A stretch of 64,000 nt of DNA, from the NCBI GenBank assembly GCA_963716175.1, contig OY970296.1, positions 4,496,931 through 4,560,930 of the forward strand, given 5' to 3'. The first letter of the stretch is position 1. Each line of letters begins with the position of its first letter. This DNA comes from an uncultured Armatimonadetes bacterium. GTDB lineage: Bacteria; Armatimonadota; Hebobacteria; Hebobacterales; Hebobacteraceae. Under the pieces are notes generated by a model. It was not told where the DNA came from, did not search any database, and saw nothing but the letters and a program-made list of their open reading frames with translations. Position numbers and translations under genes: made by a program. Positions 30,139 through 41,066 of this stretch are shown here, in pieces.

Positions 30139-32678
30139 TGCGTGTGTCAAACGGCGATGGAACCGCCGTGAAGACCGCCTCAGACCCGTTCGCGCCCGTC
30201 GCAGCGGTTTCATCGCCGCGCAACAGGCTCAGAGAGTTCTGCGATCATCTCCGCGATCTTCTGTCGCCATTCATCGCAGGTCAGGTTCGTCTCCTGCCGC
30301 AGCGATGCACCAGGCGTCCCCCACGGCATCGAGTTGAGCAGCTGCGAGAACTGCCGCTGCATGTGTTCTGCACGGGCGCGCCGGTCGGGCTGCTCTTCCA
30401 CGCGATGGATCGCCTGGGCCAGGGTGGCGGCATAGCGATAGTCATACCACCCCTGCCTGATCGCCTCCCAGTGCGGCGTGTCGAGGTTCTCGCCGGGATG
30501 CTCCGGGTCGGGGTAGGTGATGCACGGCTGGCTCTCCGTCCGGGAGAAGTCGTCGAAGGGGCTGGGACCTTCAGGGCGCTGAAACGTCCAGCTGAACGTG
30601 CCCTCCGCGCCCGACTTGTAGTAGAGGAATCCCGTGATCCAGCGATTGGACAGCAGATTGCCCGCCTGCGCGTCATAGCTGCCTGACGCGTAGAACCAGA
30701 TGTGCTGACCCTGCTGCCTCGCCTCCCGCCGGAACTGTTCGGCGATGGTGGGCACGTCCGCGAATTGGCTGCCGACACAGTGATAGGTTAGCGGCCGGCC
30801 GATCGGATCGCTAGGCAGATCGCTCGAAGTGCAGTAGCTGAGCAGGCCGGCCTCTGCCACGGCGTGATACTGGAAGCGGAAAAGCTCCGGGCTGCCGGGC
30901 TTCCAGTATCCGGGCTCATCGAGCCCGACGTAGACCCACTTGCCCCAGCCGCGCGCCCTCCACTCTTTGTCGAATGCCCGCAGCGCCTCTAGGTAGGCAG
31001 CGCCGACTTTCGCGGGCCAGGTGTCCGCGTGTCGCTGCATCACTTCAGGGTCCACGCCCAAGTGCTGGGCCAGCCGATCTTCGATCTGCCACCACTCGAT
31101 GAGAAGTGGGCCCCGCAGTCCTACCCGCTGGGTCATCGGCACGGCGCGGTCGAGTTCGGGCGAGAGATGCCATCCGACGACCCGCTCACCGTCCCAGACT
31201 GGGTCGCCGACAGTTGTCTCCAGCAGAAGCGAATCAATGCCGTGCGCTTTCATGTCGGACAGTTCGCGCGCCACCTGCTGGTCGGTCTGCTCGGTCCACC
31301 GCCAGCAGTCCGCGTACAGCCCCCACGTGCGCCAGGCCGGATCGACCAGCGTGAACGGTAGCACGCGAACCTGAACCGGGAGGACATGCGGCCCGGCGGG
31401 AGTGTCCGCAGTGAGCGTCCCTCGATAGTCGCCAGGCGCCGCGTCCGCGGGTATGGTGACCCTCAGCCAGAACGCGCTCGTCTGACCGGCCATCGCTGTC
31501 GCACCACTCGGGCGCGCCCAGAGCGAGTCCGCGACCAGCCGGAAGGTCCTGCCTCGCCCGTAGTAGTTCGTCTTCCGGGGCGCATAGCGCACCTCGAACC
31601 ACTCGAACCTCGTAGCGAGGGGGCGGCCCCCAGCAGACTTGAGCTCTGACAGTGTGAGCGTCAGGTTCTCGAGCGTCGTCGGTGTGAACAGCCCAGCCGC
31701 TGCGATCAGCACCTCGCCCGGTGTGCCGGTCAAGCCGATTGGCTGCCCTAACTCCTTGTCGGTGGGCGCGCTCCAGGGGAAGAGGCGATCCGGGTTCCTC
31801 CGATGGTAGAACACCGCTGCCGAGGGCGCCTTGGGCTCCGGTTCGCGGGGCAAGTCGGCCCATTGGTCCTTGCCGGTATCAACCACAGACAGCCCGGCAC
31901 CGGCATCGACCTGCACCTCGCGGAGGCTGATCCGCCTGATGGAGACTCCACCCTTCGCCGCGTTCAGGCCCAACGAGATCCTAGCCTCCGTCGCCTGGTC
32001 ACCGGCGCAGAAGAAGCTCCGGTGTTGCTGCCAGCCGGGGAGTAGCCTCACCTCTTCAACCAGATAGGCGCCGAGGTCCCGTTCGCCGGGCGCGAGCGGC
32101 TCCACCCATCCGCTCAGCCCCAACTCATCGGAGGCCGCAGCGAGAACCGTGTCAGGGGCGAACTGGAACTGCATCTCCAGCACGTAGAGCCGGCCCCCGG
32201 CGAGCGGGACCCTCACCGAGAACCCGTCGCCCGGCGCAAGGTGCAGGGCGGGCTCGCCGTCGATAAGGGCGATCTGAGTTCGGGCTTTCAACCGCCACGC
32301 CCGGGACCCCGGCGCGCCAGCGACCGGCGGCAGCAGATTTCCGGTTCCTTGCTGGATGAGCGGGCGGATATCGTAAGGCAGACCCCACGACGAACCGGCT
32401 GTAGCACCGCCGACCCTTGACGGAAGGAAGAGCACGAACAGACAGATGGCGAGTCCCGACCGACCATGCCCCATGAACCACTTCCTCCTCGTACCAAAGT
32501 ACCAGACGAAGACACATCTGCAAAGACAGAGGCTGGGCGCCTCGCCCCGGCGTCCAGCCCGTGCTATATGCCACAACTGCAACCTCCGGGCCTTGCCCCC
32601 ACTCTTCTACCACCCGGGGCCTAGAGCGGCGCGTCTGCAGCTAGTATGAGACGGTTCCAGCGGCCCTTAGCAGCCGCA
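30139..32678. mobile_element. Transposase-free cassette bounded by inverted 27-bp IS ends (extra tandem left end at 30110..30136)
   Basis: Left TGCGTGTGTCAAACGGCGATGGAACCG; right reverse-complemented TGCGGCTGCTAAGGGCCGCTGGAACCG. Confidence 0.65.
30210..32474 (-). CDS. Secreted DUF4091/GH123-like glycoside hydrolase domain protein
   Basis: GDYRGTL..LPFTL, GLDEP, YP..WEAIRQGWYDYRY; GAGGAGG RBS before ATG 32474. Confidence 0.75.
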   Translation of the reverse strand: MGHGRSGLAICLFVLFLPSRVGGATAGSSWGLPYDIRPLIQQGTGNLLPPVAGAPGSRAWRLKARTQIALIDGEPALHLAPGDGFSVRVPLAGGRLYVLEMQFQFAPDTVLAAASDELGLSGWVEPLAPGERDLGAYLVEEVRLLPGWQQHRSFFCAGDQATEARISLGLNAAKGGVSIRRISLREVQVDAGAGLSVVDTGKDQWADLPREPEPKAPSAAVFYHRRNPDRLFPWSAPTDKELGQPIGLTGTPGEVLIAAAGLFTPTTLENLTLTLSELKSAGGRPLATRFEWFEVRYAPRKTNYYGRGRTFRLVADSLWARPSGATAMAGQTSAFWLRVTIPADAAPGDYRGTLTADTPAGPHVLPVQVRVLPFTLVDPAWRTWGLYADCWRWTEQTDQQVARELSDMKAHGIDSLLLETTVGDPVWDGERVVGWHLSPELDRAVPMTQRVGLRGPLLIEWWQIEDRLAQHLGVDPEVMQRHADTWPAKVGAAYLEALRAFDKEWRARGWGKWVYVGLDEPGYWKPGSPELFRFQYHAVAEAGLLSYCTSSDLPSDPIGRPLTYHCVGSQFADVPTIAEQFRREARQQGQHIWFYASGSYDAQAGNLLSNRWITGFLYYKSGAEGTFSWTFQRPEGPSPFDDFSRTESQPCITYPDPEHPGENLDTPHWEAIRQGWYDYRYAATLAQAIHRVEEQPDRRARAEHMQRQFSQLLNSMPWGTPGASLRQETNLTCDEWRQKIAEMIAELSEPVARR

Positions 32679-32724
32679 AGCGGCTGAACTCCGACGCGAG
32701 GTGCAGACACTACTCGCGTCCACC

Positions 32725-32943
32725 TGTGGTTGTTAAGTGGTAATGGAACCGCCTAGAACAGCCTCTCCGGGTCCGGACGATGGAGCGGAGGGCGGATGGG
32801 CGGAGGGACACTGGTACCGGGATCCCACATATGCTTAGCTGGGATTAGAGTGGCGCGCCGTCTGGCGTCTGGCCAACTGCCGGCATGGCATTCGCCGCGC
32901 CCTAGCCTGCCAAAACCGGTCTCATTGGCGCCTAACAACCACA
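32725..32943. mobile_element. 219-bp MITE, copy 1
   Basis: IRs TGTGGTTGTTAAGTGGTAATGGAACCG / TGTGGTTGTTAGGCGCCAATGAGACCG; central GATCCCACATATGCTTAGCTGGG. Confidence 0.8.
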
Positions 32944-33013
32944 GCCGCGGCCACGAACGCGCCCAGGCGTAGGTACTGCGGAAGCGATTCGCCTGAGCCC
33001 CTGGCGAACTCGC

Positions 33014-33043
33014 TGAGGCCTTTTCGCCACCGTGCTGCGTCTA
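33014..33043 (+). promoter_or_regulatory. Possible ECF-type autoregulated promoter
   Basis: TGAGGCCTTTT...CGTCTA upstream of the ECF operon; -35 is a poor match. Confidence 0.3.
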
Positions 33044-33062
33044 CAATAGCAGGAGACGAGCA

Positions 33063-33758
33063 ATGGCAAACCCGTCGTTGATCGCCGTTGTCGAGACCAT
33101 CGCCTTCGTGCTTTTCCTGATGCTCCTGTTTGCCCTTCTGGCGTGGGTCAGGTACCTGCACCATAGGGAGACCATGAAGACTCTGGAGAGCGGAGGGGAT
33201 GCGTCGCAGCGCCTCGAATCCCTCAGCCAGGCCCGCATGGAAGCCCGGGAGCGAAGGCGTCTGCGCTCCGGGATGATGGCGGGAGTTATCGTCACGGCGC
33301 TCGGCCTTGGAGTGCTGTCGGCCGTGTTATTCCGTCCCCAGATGATGGCTCATGAAACCCAAGCATTGGTGGTCGGTCTGGTCGTCTTCCTGCTCATCAC
33401 CGGGGCGGCTAACTTCGTCGCACACGCCATCTGGTCGCAGCGGCTTGGGGCGGCCGCCCGAGTTGTGGAGAGCGCAGAGGCCCGGGAGCGGCGACGTATA
33501 CGGTCGGGCGTTGTAAGGGGCTCAGTGGTGGCTGCTGCGGGGATCGGCTGCCTGTTGGCCCTCCTTGCGGGGGTCTACGCAGGCGACAGGAGCGCCATGG
33601 CCCTCCTTCTAGGTTTCGGCGTGTTCTTGCTGCTGAGCGGCGCGGCAACTATCGTGGTGCACGTGAATTGGTTTCGCGACCTCGAGCGCGGCCGGCCGCT
33701 AGCTGCCGGCGACATCGAGGAAGGGGCCATTGATCGCAGCAATCAGAGCGCTGAATAG
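33063..33758 (+). CDS. Membrane protein (DUF6249-like) with internal duplication
   Basis: Five TM segments; YLHHRE; EARERRR(L/I)RSG module occurs twice. Confidence 0.75.
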   Translation: MANPSLIAVVETIAFVLFLMLLFALLAWVRYLHHRETMKTLESGGDASQRLESLSQARMEARERRRLRSGMMAGVIVTALGLGVLSAVLFRPQMMAHETQALVVGLVVFLLITGAANFVAHAIWSQRLGAAARVVESAEARERRRIRSGVVRGSVVAAAGIGCLLALLAGVYAGDRSAMALLLGFGVFLLLSGAATIVVHVNWFRDLERGRPLAAGDIEEGAIDRSNQSAE

Positions 33759-34326
33759 CGGCCTCTCGCTCGCGTTCGCTCGATTCGGCGACGATGATGA
33801 CGCCGCGCTGGTAGCCCGGGCGCGCCGGGGCGATCCCTCGGCCTTCGATGAGATCGTCCGCCGACATCAGACGCGAGTCTACAACCTCGCCTACCGCATG
33901 CTCCGCAATCGCGACGACGCCGAGGACATCACTCAGGAAGCCTTCCTGCGCGCCTTCGACTCGCTGCCTCGACTGCGCGATCGGGCGACAGTCGGCGCGT
34001 GGATAGCCCGCATCGCGGCCAACCTCTGTGTGAGCTGGCTGTGCTCTCGGACACATTCCGAGGTGCCGGTCGACCCCGCTAATCTCCAACCGGATCTGCC
34101 AGGCGGGAGGTCCGGCGTGGCGGATGAGGTCCACGAAGCAGTCGACAGCCTCCCCACGAAATGCCGGCTCGCCATCGTCGCCTTCTACCTCGAGGGCAGA
34201 TCGTACGACGACGCTGCGCGCACCCTGGGCGTCACGGTCCACGCGCTGAAGACCCGCCTCTACCGCGCCAGGAAAATGCTCCGCGAGAACCTTCGTGAAT
34301 CTCCCGGCGAGGGAGGTGTCAAGTGA
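33730..34326 (+). CDS. ECF RNA polymerase sigma factor
   Basis: DAEDITQEAFLRA, WIARIAAN, LKTRLYRARKML. Confidence 0.92.
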   Translation: MIAAIRALNSGLSLAFARFGDDDDAALVARARRGDPSAFDEIVRRHQTRVYNLAYRMLRNRDDAEDITQEAFLRAFDSLPRLRDRATVGAWIARIAANLCVSWLCSRTHSEVPVDPANLQPDLPGGRSGVADEVHEAVDSLPTKCRLAIVAFYLEGRSYDDAARTLGVTVHALKTRLYRARKMLRENLRESPGEGGVK

Positions 34327-34763
34327 ACTGCAGGGCCATCCGGCGCTCAATTCAGCCCTTTCTCGATGGGATGCTGCCCCCGTCGAGCACGCGTGCGCTG
34401 GAAGTCCACCTCGCCACATGTGGGGCGTGCGCAGAGGAGCTCGATGGTTTTTGGCGGCTGTCGGCGGCACTCTCGGCCGAGCCCCTGGCTAACCCTCCTC
34501 ACGGAATGGCGGCTGAGATCGCTCGCCGCGCGGCTGTACACTACCTCGTCAGGCGGCGTCTCCTTATTCCTGTCTGGCTTGAGGCCCTGACCTTCGGGAG
34601 CGTCATACTCGCGCTCGCAGTGGCGGCCGTCGCGGGCGTCTCTTTTCTCCATGCGATACCCGCCCTCCACCTCGCTCCCGGCATCCCGGCACTCCTGGCT
34701 AGTGCGGCTGCAGCTTCGGGGCTGGCGGCATTTGGCTCGGCATACTACCGTTCACTACTCTGA
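34323..34763 (+). CDS. Zinc-binding (zf-HC2) transmembrane anti-sigma factor
   Basis: MNC...HLATCGAC; two TM helices; overlaps sigma stop codon. Confidence 0.88.
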   Translation: MNCRAIRRSIQPFLDGMLPPSSTRALEVHLATCGACAEELDGFWRLSAALSAEPLANPPHGMAAEIARRAAVHYLVRRRLLIPVWLEALTFGSVILALAVAAVAGVSFLHAIPALHLAPGIPALLASAAAASGLAAFGSAYYRSLL

Positions 34764-34850
34764 GCTCGCATCTGCTATGAGGGCGGGCGTTCACGAGATG
34801 GCTCTCGCTGGCTTCAACGACATCGCGTGCCTCAAGTCTGCAGAGGCGCC

Positions 34851-36210
34851 CGTAATGTACCGAAACTGATCTGGGGGTTCCTTCGGCAGGTGCAGAGCGG
34901 GACCTGCCCTCTGGCGTGGTTGGTTGGTCAGGTTTCGGGTGGCTCGCGTGTCGGCAAGGTCTGCCATGATAAGCCCCACGACGCCACGCCAGGCGCGCAG
35001 CTGCAGCGCCAAGTGATGTCGCGGGCCCGCAACTCCGTCAAGCGGCGAGGCGGCAGTAGTCGTTGATGAGGCCGCCCAGCACCGGGCGGGCAATGATCCT
35101 GCCCTCGCGCGGATAGGTGTCGGGGGCCTCCGGCGGCAGATGCCGCAGGGATTGATGGGGCCGGCGCTGGTTGTAGTAGCAGATGTACTGTCTCAGCACC
35201 CAGCACAGATGGGCTTCGTTGAGGATGATGATGCGGTCCAGGCACTCCTGCCGCAGGCTGCGAATCCAGCGTTCCGCATAGCCGTTCAGATCGGGGGAGC
35301 GCACCGGGAGCCGGATCACCTTCGTGCCCGCCTCCTCTAGCAGGGAGTCGGCGTGGAGGGTGTACTTGCTGTCTCGATCATGGATCAGGTAGCGAGGCAG
35401 CTCCTCGTTGACCACCGATAGGTTCCGGAACTGCTGTGCCACCCAGGCCTCATCAGGGGAGGTGGAGACATTCCAGAAGACAATCCGCCGCGTCGCGATC
35501 TCCAGGAAGAAGACGATGTAGGAGGTCCACAGTGTTGCCGTGGTGACCGCGCAGAAGTCACTGGCCCAGATGAAGCGACCGTAGTGGGCGAGGAACTGCA
35601 ACCAGCCCAGGCCGAAGCTGCGCCGGCGTTCGGGAGTGAGTCCGTGCTGCTTCAGAATGCGAGCCACGCTGCTCCGGCCGAAGCGCACGAACCGGAGCTT
35701 GCGCATCTCCCCGGCGATCTTGCCGTAGCCCATCGAGGGGTTCTCCCGGGCGATGCGCAGCACCCACTGCTCCATCTCCGGGGTGATCTCCGGAGGACGA
35801 CCGGGTTTCCTCCGGGACAGGAACCTCCAGTGCCGCCGCACGATCGCTCGGTGCCATCCCACCAGCGTCTTCGGCGTCACGATCAGCAGCGCCTCCCTCA
35901 GCTTCTCCTTGCCCAGCAGCAGGCTGGACAGCACCAACGCGAGCCGCTCACTGGGCACCAGCGAGGGTCGCTTGCCCAGCTGGCGCTGGAGGACCAGCAT
36001 CTGTTGGTGGAGTGCCAGCACGAGGCGGGCCTGTTCGCCGCGGAACACCAGCCCGAACAGCAGGCAGAGGGCAGAGAGCAGCATCAACGTCACGTGCCAG
36101 AACATGACGGGGAGGATGCCGCAGTCATACCGAGAAGTCAACTCCGCGGGTACCCAGGAACCGAGGTCGCTGGCTTCCTGGATGCCTCAGATTGGTTTTG
36201 GTACACTACG
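34851..36210 (-). mobile_element. IS with integrase-core DDE transposase (ORF 35038..36105)
   Basis: WASDFC, IHDRDSKY, AERWIRSLRQECLD; IRs CGTAATGTACCGAAACTGATCT / CGTAGTGTACCAAAACCAATCT. Confidence 0.92.
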
Positions 36211-36254
36211 CGGATTGATGAGCACATAGGGCCCCGCACCGCCCACCTTTCCTC

Positions 36255-38315
36255 CTAGAGCACCCAGATCAGCTTCACCGCGACCCGCGACCTGAACCCG
36301 GTCAGGTTCGGGTCGGGATCACCCACGATTACGTAGGCATCCATCCCCCGGCGCACCACCTGCCGGTAGGCGGCGTAGACAGTGATCCCCGCATCGCGGC
36401 CGATGAAGCGGGCGGCGATGCTCTTCTCCGGAGTGAGATCGTAGGAGGTGGTCACCACGGCCTGATACGCATGGTAGGCATCCGGCGAGGGCGGCGTCAG
36501 GTGGCTGTACTCTAGCGCCAACCGAAGCGGCATGGCCTTCCAGGCCCGGAAACCCTGGCCCAGCGAGCAGTAGGTATAGTCGCCGCCGGCGCGCAGGCCT
36601 CGGGAGAGATAGACGTTGCCCTGGCGGTAGAGGTCTCTGTTGTTCCACCCGATGGAGGTATTCACGTCCCCACTGGGGTCGTTGCGCTCCGTGCCGCCCG
36701 ACAGCCCAATGCCCAGATAACGGCCATTGCGCCAGATCCATGTGTAGTCGCCACCGACCACGGACCAGGAAGTACCGCCGCTGTGCAGGTAGGGGAAGTA
36801 GTGGAGGTTGCCCCTCCAGAAGCGGCCCTGAAGAGGGCCCTTCTCATAAGAGAAGGACTTCCCGAAGTCGAAGCTTGCGCCATAGGTGCTCTGGTTGTAG
36901 TAGTAGCCCAGCGCGGGGTGGTAGTCGTCGGTCGCGTAGCGCGTTGTCCAGTCGTAGTGAAGCTTGCCGGGACCGCGATAGTGACCCCCGCCCATTTCGT
37001 AGATGCCGCCGTCGGCGCCCTCACCTACGGATTGGTAGGTCACGCCCCAGAGCGAGTCGTAGCCGTTCGGGACGCGCCGCACACGCGAGCTGTTGATGGA
37101 ATACACTGAGTTGCCCGGCTCGCCTGCCTGTCGGCGCTGGGCGAGGTAGACGCCGGTGTGGAAGTCCGACGTGGTGAAGTGCTGCCAGGCGCCGACGAAG
37201 GCGTTTCCCTCACCGTAGGAGAGCGCATCCAGTATACCGACCCGCTCCTTGCCCGCAGTGCCGAAGAGCTTCGCGCCGGCGTCGAAATCCTGGATACGGC
37301 GGCTGTAGAACATGTCCGAGCCGGGGAAGAAGCCATCGGTGCCGGTAACGAAGAAGGGCCGCACTTCCGGTAGGTAGCGTTCCGTGTAGGAGAAGGAGAT
37401 CGGCTCCACCACCTCCTCGATCTGCGAGTAGTCCGGGCGAAGAGTGCCGAGCCCGGTGAGCCCACTGCGCATCCGGTACTGCACATCCAGGCCGGCCCCG
37501 AACGTGCGGCCGGCGGACTCGCCAGCGTCCACCGTCACGTAGGGCATGAACAGAGGTCGGGGTGGGAAGACAGGCGGATGCAGGCCGCAGAGGCCGGCGG
37601 CCAGGTTCGGGTTCCAGGTCTTGCCCATGTTTGGGTAGACAGCGCCCACGTCCTCTTTGGCGAAAGAGCGGTAGAGGGTGAGGCCAAAGGTGGTCTGACA
37701 CGGCGGATAGCGGAGGATGGAGAAGGGGATGGCCATCTCCACCTGGTAGCCCTCGGGAGTGCGCACGGCCGCGCCCGTCCAGTCCCCCCGCTACTCGATC
37801 TTGGTGGCCGAACCGCCGGGGATGTCCTCACGCTGGGTGCCCCGGGAGGTGACCTGAAAGTAATAGCTGCTCTGGTGGCGGTACTCGGGGTCGAGGCCGA
37901 ACTCGACGAAGTCGTCCTTCCCAATGTCTCCGTTGCGCCGCGTCTCGACGCCCTTGATGTCATTGGGGGTGCGGTCCTTGCAGATTACGCCGAGGTAGAC
38001 GTTCTTCTCGTCCACGCAGATCAGTCCGATGGTCTCTTCCGGCACGGGGCGCGTCTCGTCCAGCACGACGAACCCTTCGAGCCGCGAGGCGGAGGTCCAG
38101 CAGGCCTCGTCGAGTTTGCCATCGATCACCGGCGGCTGGTCCACGTACACCGCCTGCACCTGTGGTGGCGTGCGAGGCGCCGGCGCGGGGGCGTCGCACT
38201 CGGCCGAGCGGGCGGGCCGGGCTGCCAAGAGCCAGAGGGCCCCGAGCAAGACGATAGGCGCTACGCGCGATACGAGGAGGGCTCTGGTCCTCATTGATAG
38301 TGACATCGCGGCCAC
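36255..38315 (-). CDS. CBM9-like / DUF5916 secreted beta-rich protein with one in-frame TAG at 37791-37793
   Basis: PVIDGKLDEACW, VEMAIPF, PDYSQIE, YLPEVRPFF; the two ORFs share a frame across IE*RGDW. Confidence 0.8.
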
Positions 38316-38516
38316 ACCCCCCAGCAGCCGGCGCCGGATGGTCTGGACACCGACCGGCTCAGTCAGGCGAACTTGGCGGAAAGAATCAGCGAGTCGTTAG
38401 CGATGCGGCTAGGGAGCCCCGCGGCGCGGGGCGAACCCGCACGATAGGCTGGCAGCCCTATGTGGGAGGCACCATCAGCGAAATGGGCCACTAGCGGGAA
38501 TCCCCCTGCCAGGTGG

Positions 38517-38545
38517 ACTGTAGCTTGATCGTGCTTACCTGTCAA
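38517..38545 (-). promoter_or_regulatory. Sigma70-type promoter for the DUF5916 gene
   Basis: TTGACA-N17-TACAGT on the minus strand. Confidence 0.6.
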
Positions 38546-39013
38546 CATTCCGAGGGCTCTGCCAATCCTGCCTGGGAGCCAGCGCAAGGTGCTTCGCCTC
38601 GCCAGAAGAGAACGCCCCGCCTTGGGCGAGCAGCCGTAGCGTCAGCTCCCGCAAGCTCGGCTCGTGCTCCTCCTTCACCTACCGGGCACGCAGCAGACGG
38701 GCGCTGTCAGTCGGCATCGGGGCTTGCCCCACCATCGGCGCCCAGTACTGACCCACCCTGGACTAGCGAAATCAGCTCAGCCTAGTCCCCGGATTCCTCG
38801 TCTTGATTCTCCGGCTCTCATCTCCAGTGGGTTAAGTCTCGACGCCGGTTCCGCCTGTATGTGGGTTATGTCGGCCCGCCGGCTGACAATCGATACCGGC
38901 CGCCCCGCGGAGGTCGACATCTCCGTGCTTGAGCACATCCGCAGCAGGGCGCGAAGCGATTTGCCTGCGATCGTAATAACCTGCCCGCCTGCAAACTCAG
39001 AGGGTACTCAGGG

Positions 39014-39040
39014 ATGTCCCATCGCTACTTAGCAGGAGCA
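39014..39040 (-). mobile_element. 27-bp TGY-N3-TGY IS end truncating a radical SAM gene
   Basis: TGCTCCTGCTAAGTAGCGATGGGACAT on the minus strand. Confidence 0.6.
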
Positions 39041-39173
39041 TCGCCACCCGGCAGTGCCGACACGCCAAGTTACAGCGGTCGCACAGCACAAGGCCCAGGA
39101 TGAATGGGACATCCCTGCGCAGCACGCAGAACGAGAGCACGAACTGCGGATAGTAGAGGAGCTTGCTGAGCAT
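39041..39173 (-). pseudogene. Radical SAM protein, N-terminal fragment
   Basis: DRCNLACRHC (CxxxCxxC), cut immediately afterwards. Confidence 0.7.
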
Positions 39174-39298
39174 CGGCTCGCGTTCACCATCTACCAGAAC
39201 CGGATCACCTCCGGCCACGGCTGCGACTTCGCGGCCGTCCAGATGGTATTCACGTAGTTGAGGGCGAAATAGTTCTGTGCCAGATGCAGCCAGAAGGC

Positions 39299-40659
39299 CC
39301 GTAGTGTACCAAAACCGATCTGAGGCATTCAGGATGCCTCGGGCCTCGGTACCTGGTCACTCGCGGCGTTGACTTCCCGCCCTCACTGCGGCAACCTGCC
39401 GGCCATGTTCTGGTATGTCATGCTGATGCTGTTCTCTCCCCTCTACCTGTTCTTCGGGCTGGTGTTCCGCGGCGAGCAGGCCCGCCTAGTACTGGCGCTC
39501 TATCATCAGGTGCTGATTCTGCAGCGACAACTGGGAAAGCGACCAACGCTGGCGCCGGGTGAGCGACTGGCGTTGGTGCTCTCCAGCCTCCTGCTGGGCA
39601 AAGAGAAGCTGAGAGAGGCGCTGCTGGTCGTGAAGCCGGAGACGCTGGTGGGCTGGCATCGGGCGATTGTGCGGCGGCACTGGAGGTTCTCGTCCAGGAG
39701 GAGACCAGGTCGTCCCCCGGAGATCACCCCAAAGATGGAGCAGCTAGTGCTGCGCATCGCCCGAGAGAACCCGTGGATGGGTTACGGTAAGATCGCCGGG
39801 GAGATGCGGAAACTCGGGTTCGTGCGCTTCGGCCGCAGCAGCGTGGCGCGCATTCTGAAGCAGCATGGACTCACTCCAGAACGTCGCCGGAACCTGGGCC
39901 TGGGCTGGTTTCAGTTCCTCGCCCACTATGGGCAGTTCATCTGGGCCAGTGACTTCTGCACGGTCACTACGGCCGCCCTGCGGACCTACTACCTCGTCTT
40001 CTTCCTGGAGATCGGCTCCCGCCGGATCATCCACTGGAACGTCTCCACCTCCCCGGATGAGGCGTGGGTGTCCCAGCAGTTCCGGAACCTATCCGTGGTC
40101 AGCGACGACCTGCCGGGATATCTGATCCACGATCGGGACAGCAAGTATACGCGCCACGCTGACTGCCTGCTGGAGGACGCGGGCACCACGGTGATCCGGC
40201 TGCCGGTGCGCTCCCCCGATCTGAACGGCTATGCGGAACGGTGGATACGCAGCCTGCGCCAGGAATGTCTGGATCGGATCATCCTCCTCAACGACGCGCA
40301 TCTGCGCTGGGTGCTGGGCGAATACGTCCGCTACTACAACCAACGCCGGCCCCACCAATCACCCCGGCATCTGCCACCGGAGGCCCCAGACGTGTACCCG
40401 GATGAAGGAAAGATCATGGCCCGCCCGGTACTCGGCGGTCTCATCCACGACTACTGCCGCCTCGCCGCCTGACGGAGTCCGCAGTGCACTCCACCATCGG
40501 GGGCCGCGCCGCGCGCCTGAAGTGCCCTCTTCGCGCTGATGATCGCTCGCGGGGGTGACGCGCAGGCCCTCCGAGACCCACATGCTCACCCTGCCAGGAC
40601 GCAGATCCTCCCTGCAACCTGCTGAGTTGATGTCCGGATGAGTTCTGGAACACTACGGG
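39299..40659 (+). mobile_element. IS with integrase-core DDE transposase (ORF 39405..40472), relative of 34851..36210
   Basis: Collinear, highly similar protein; IRs CCGTAGTGTACCAAAAC / CCGTAGTGTTCCAGAAC. Confidence 0.92.
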
Positions 40660-40924
40660 ACAGACCGCTCCAGCGTCCTTCGCCCTTCAGGACGATCTCT
40701 GTGGTACCGTCGGCGCGGCACCGAAGCACTTGCCAGTGCTCTCGGTCCGGTGTGTTCATGCCGACGAACACCGAGGCGTCGGTCACCGAGAGCGACGCGC
40801 TGGAGCAGGGCGTGGGAGGCAACTGCCACACCTTTACCGGTTCAGCCAGTCCCGATCGCCCGATGACCAGCACGCCCGCCAGCATGGTGAGCATCTGTAC
40901 GACTGCGTATTGTCTCCTCTGCAT
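40660..40924 (-). pseudogene. 5' fragment of a secreted protein cut by the IS end
   Basis: GGAGG RBS; signal peptide MQRRQYAVV...GLA; frame runs into the IS IR. Confidence 0.55.
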
Positions 40925-41066
40925 CTTGCTTACCTCCCTGGCATTATGCCGCGAACTGCGACTCGCATTCTGATCGCGCGGCTCCGGCGGAATATCGTTT
41001 TCTGCCTCCGGTCCGGGCGCTACCTCATCGAAAGGCTCACCTCTGGCGGCACTCGCCGAGATCCCC

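Noticed and set aside
30110-30165. CRISPR mini-array from the tandem CGGCGATGGAACC repeat
   Set aside because: Two units 2 bp apart, no spacer, no cas genes; they are IS ends
32724-32945. Integron attC site (GTTAAGT and GCCTAAC boxes)
   Set aside because: Boxes are in the wrong order for attC and are explained by the MITE IRs; neither recombinase is recognisably IntI
38316-38516. Riboswitch in the long leader of the DUF5916 gene
   Set aside because: No consensus of a known riboswitch recognised by eye; an Infernal search was not possible
38665-39040. 376-bp MITE ending at 39040
   Set aside because: The candidate partner end at 38665 matches well only over the first 7 bases
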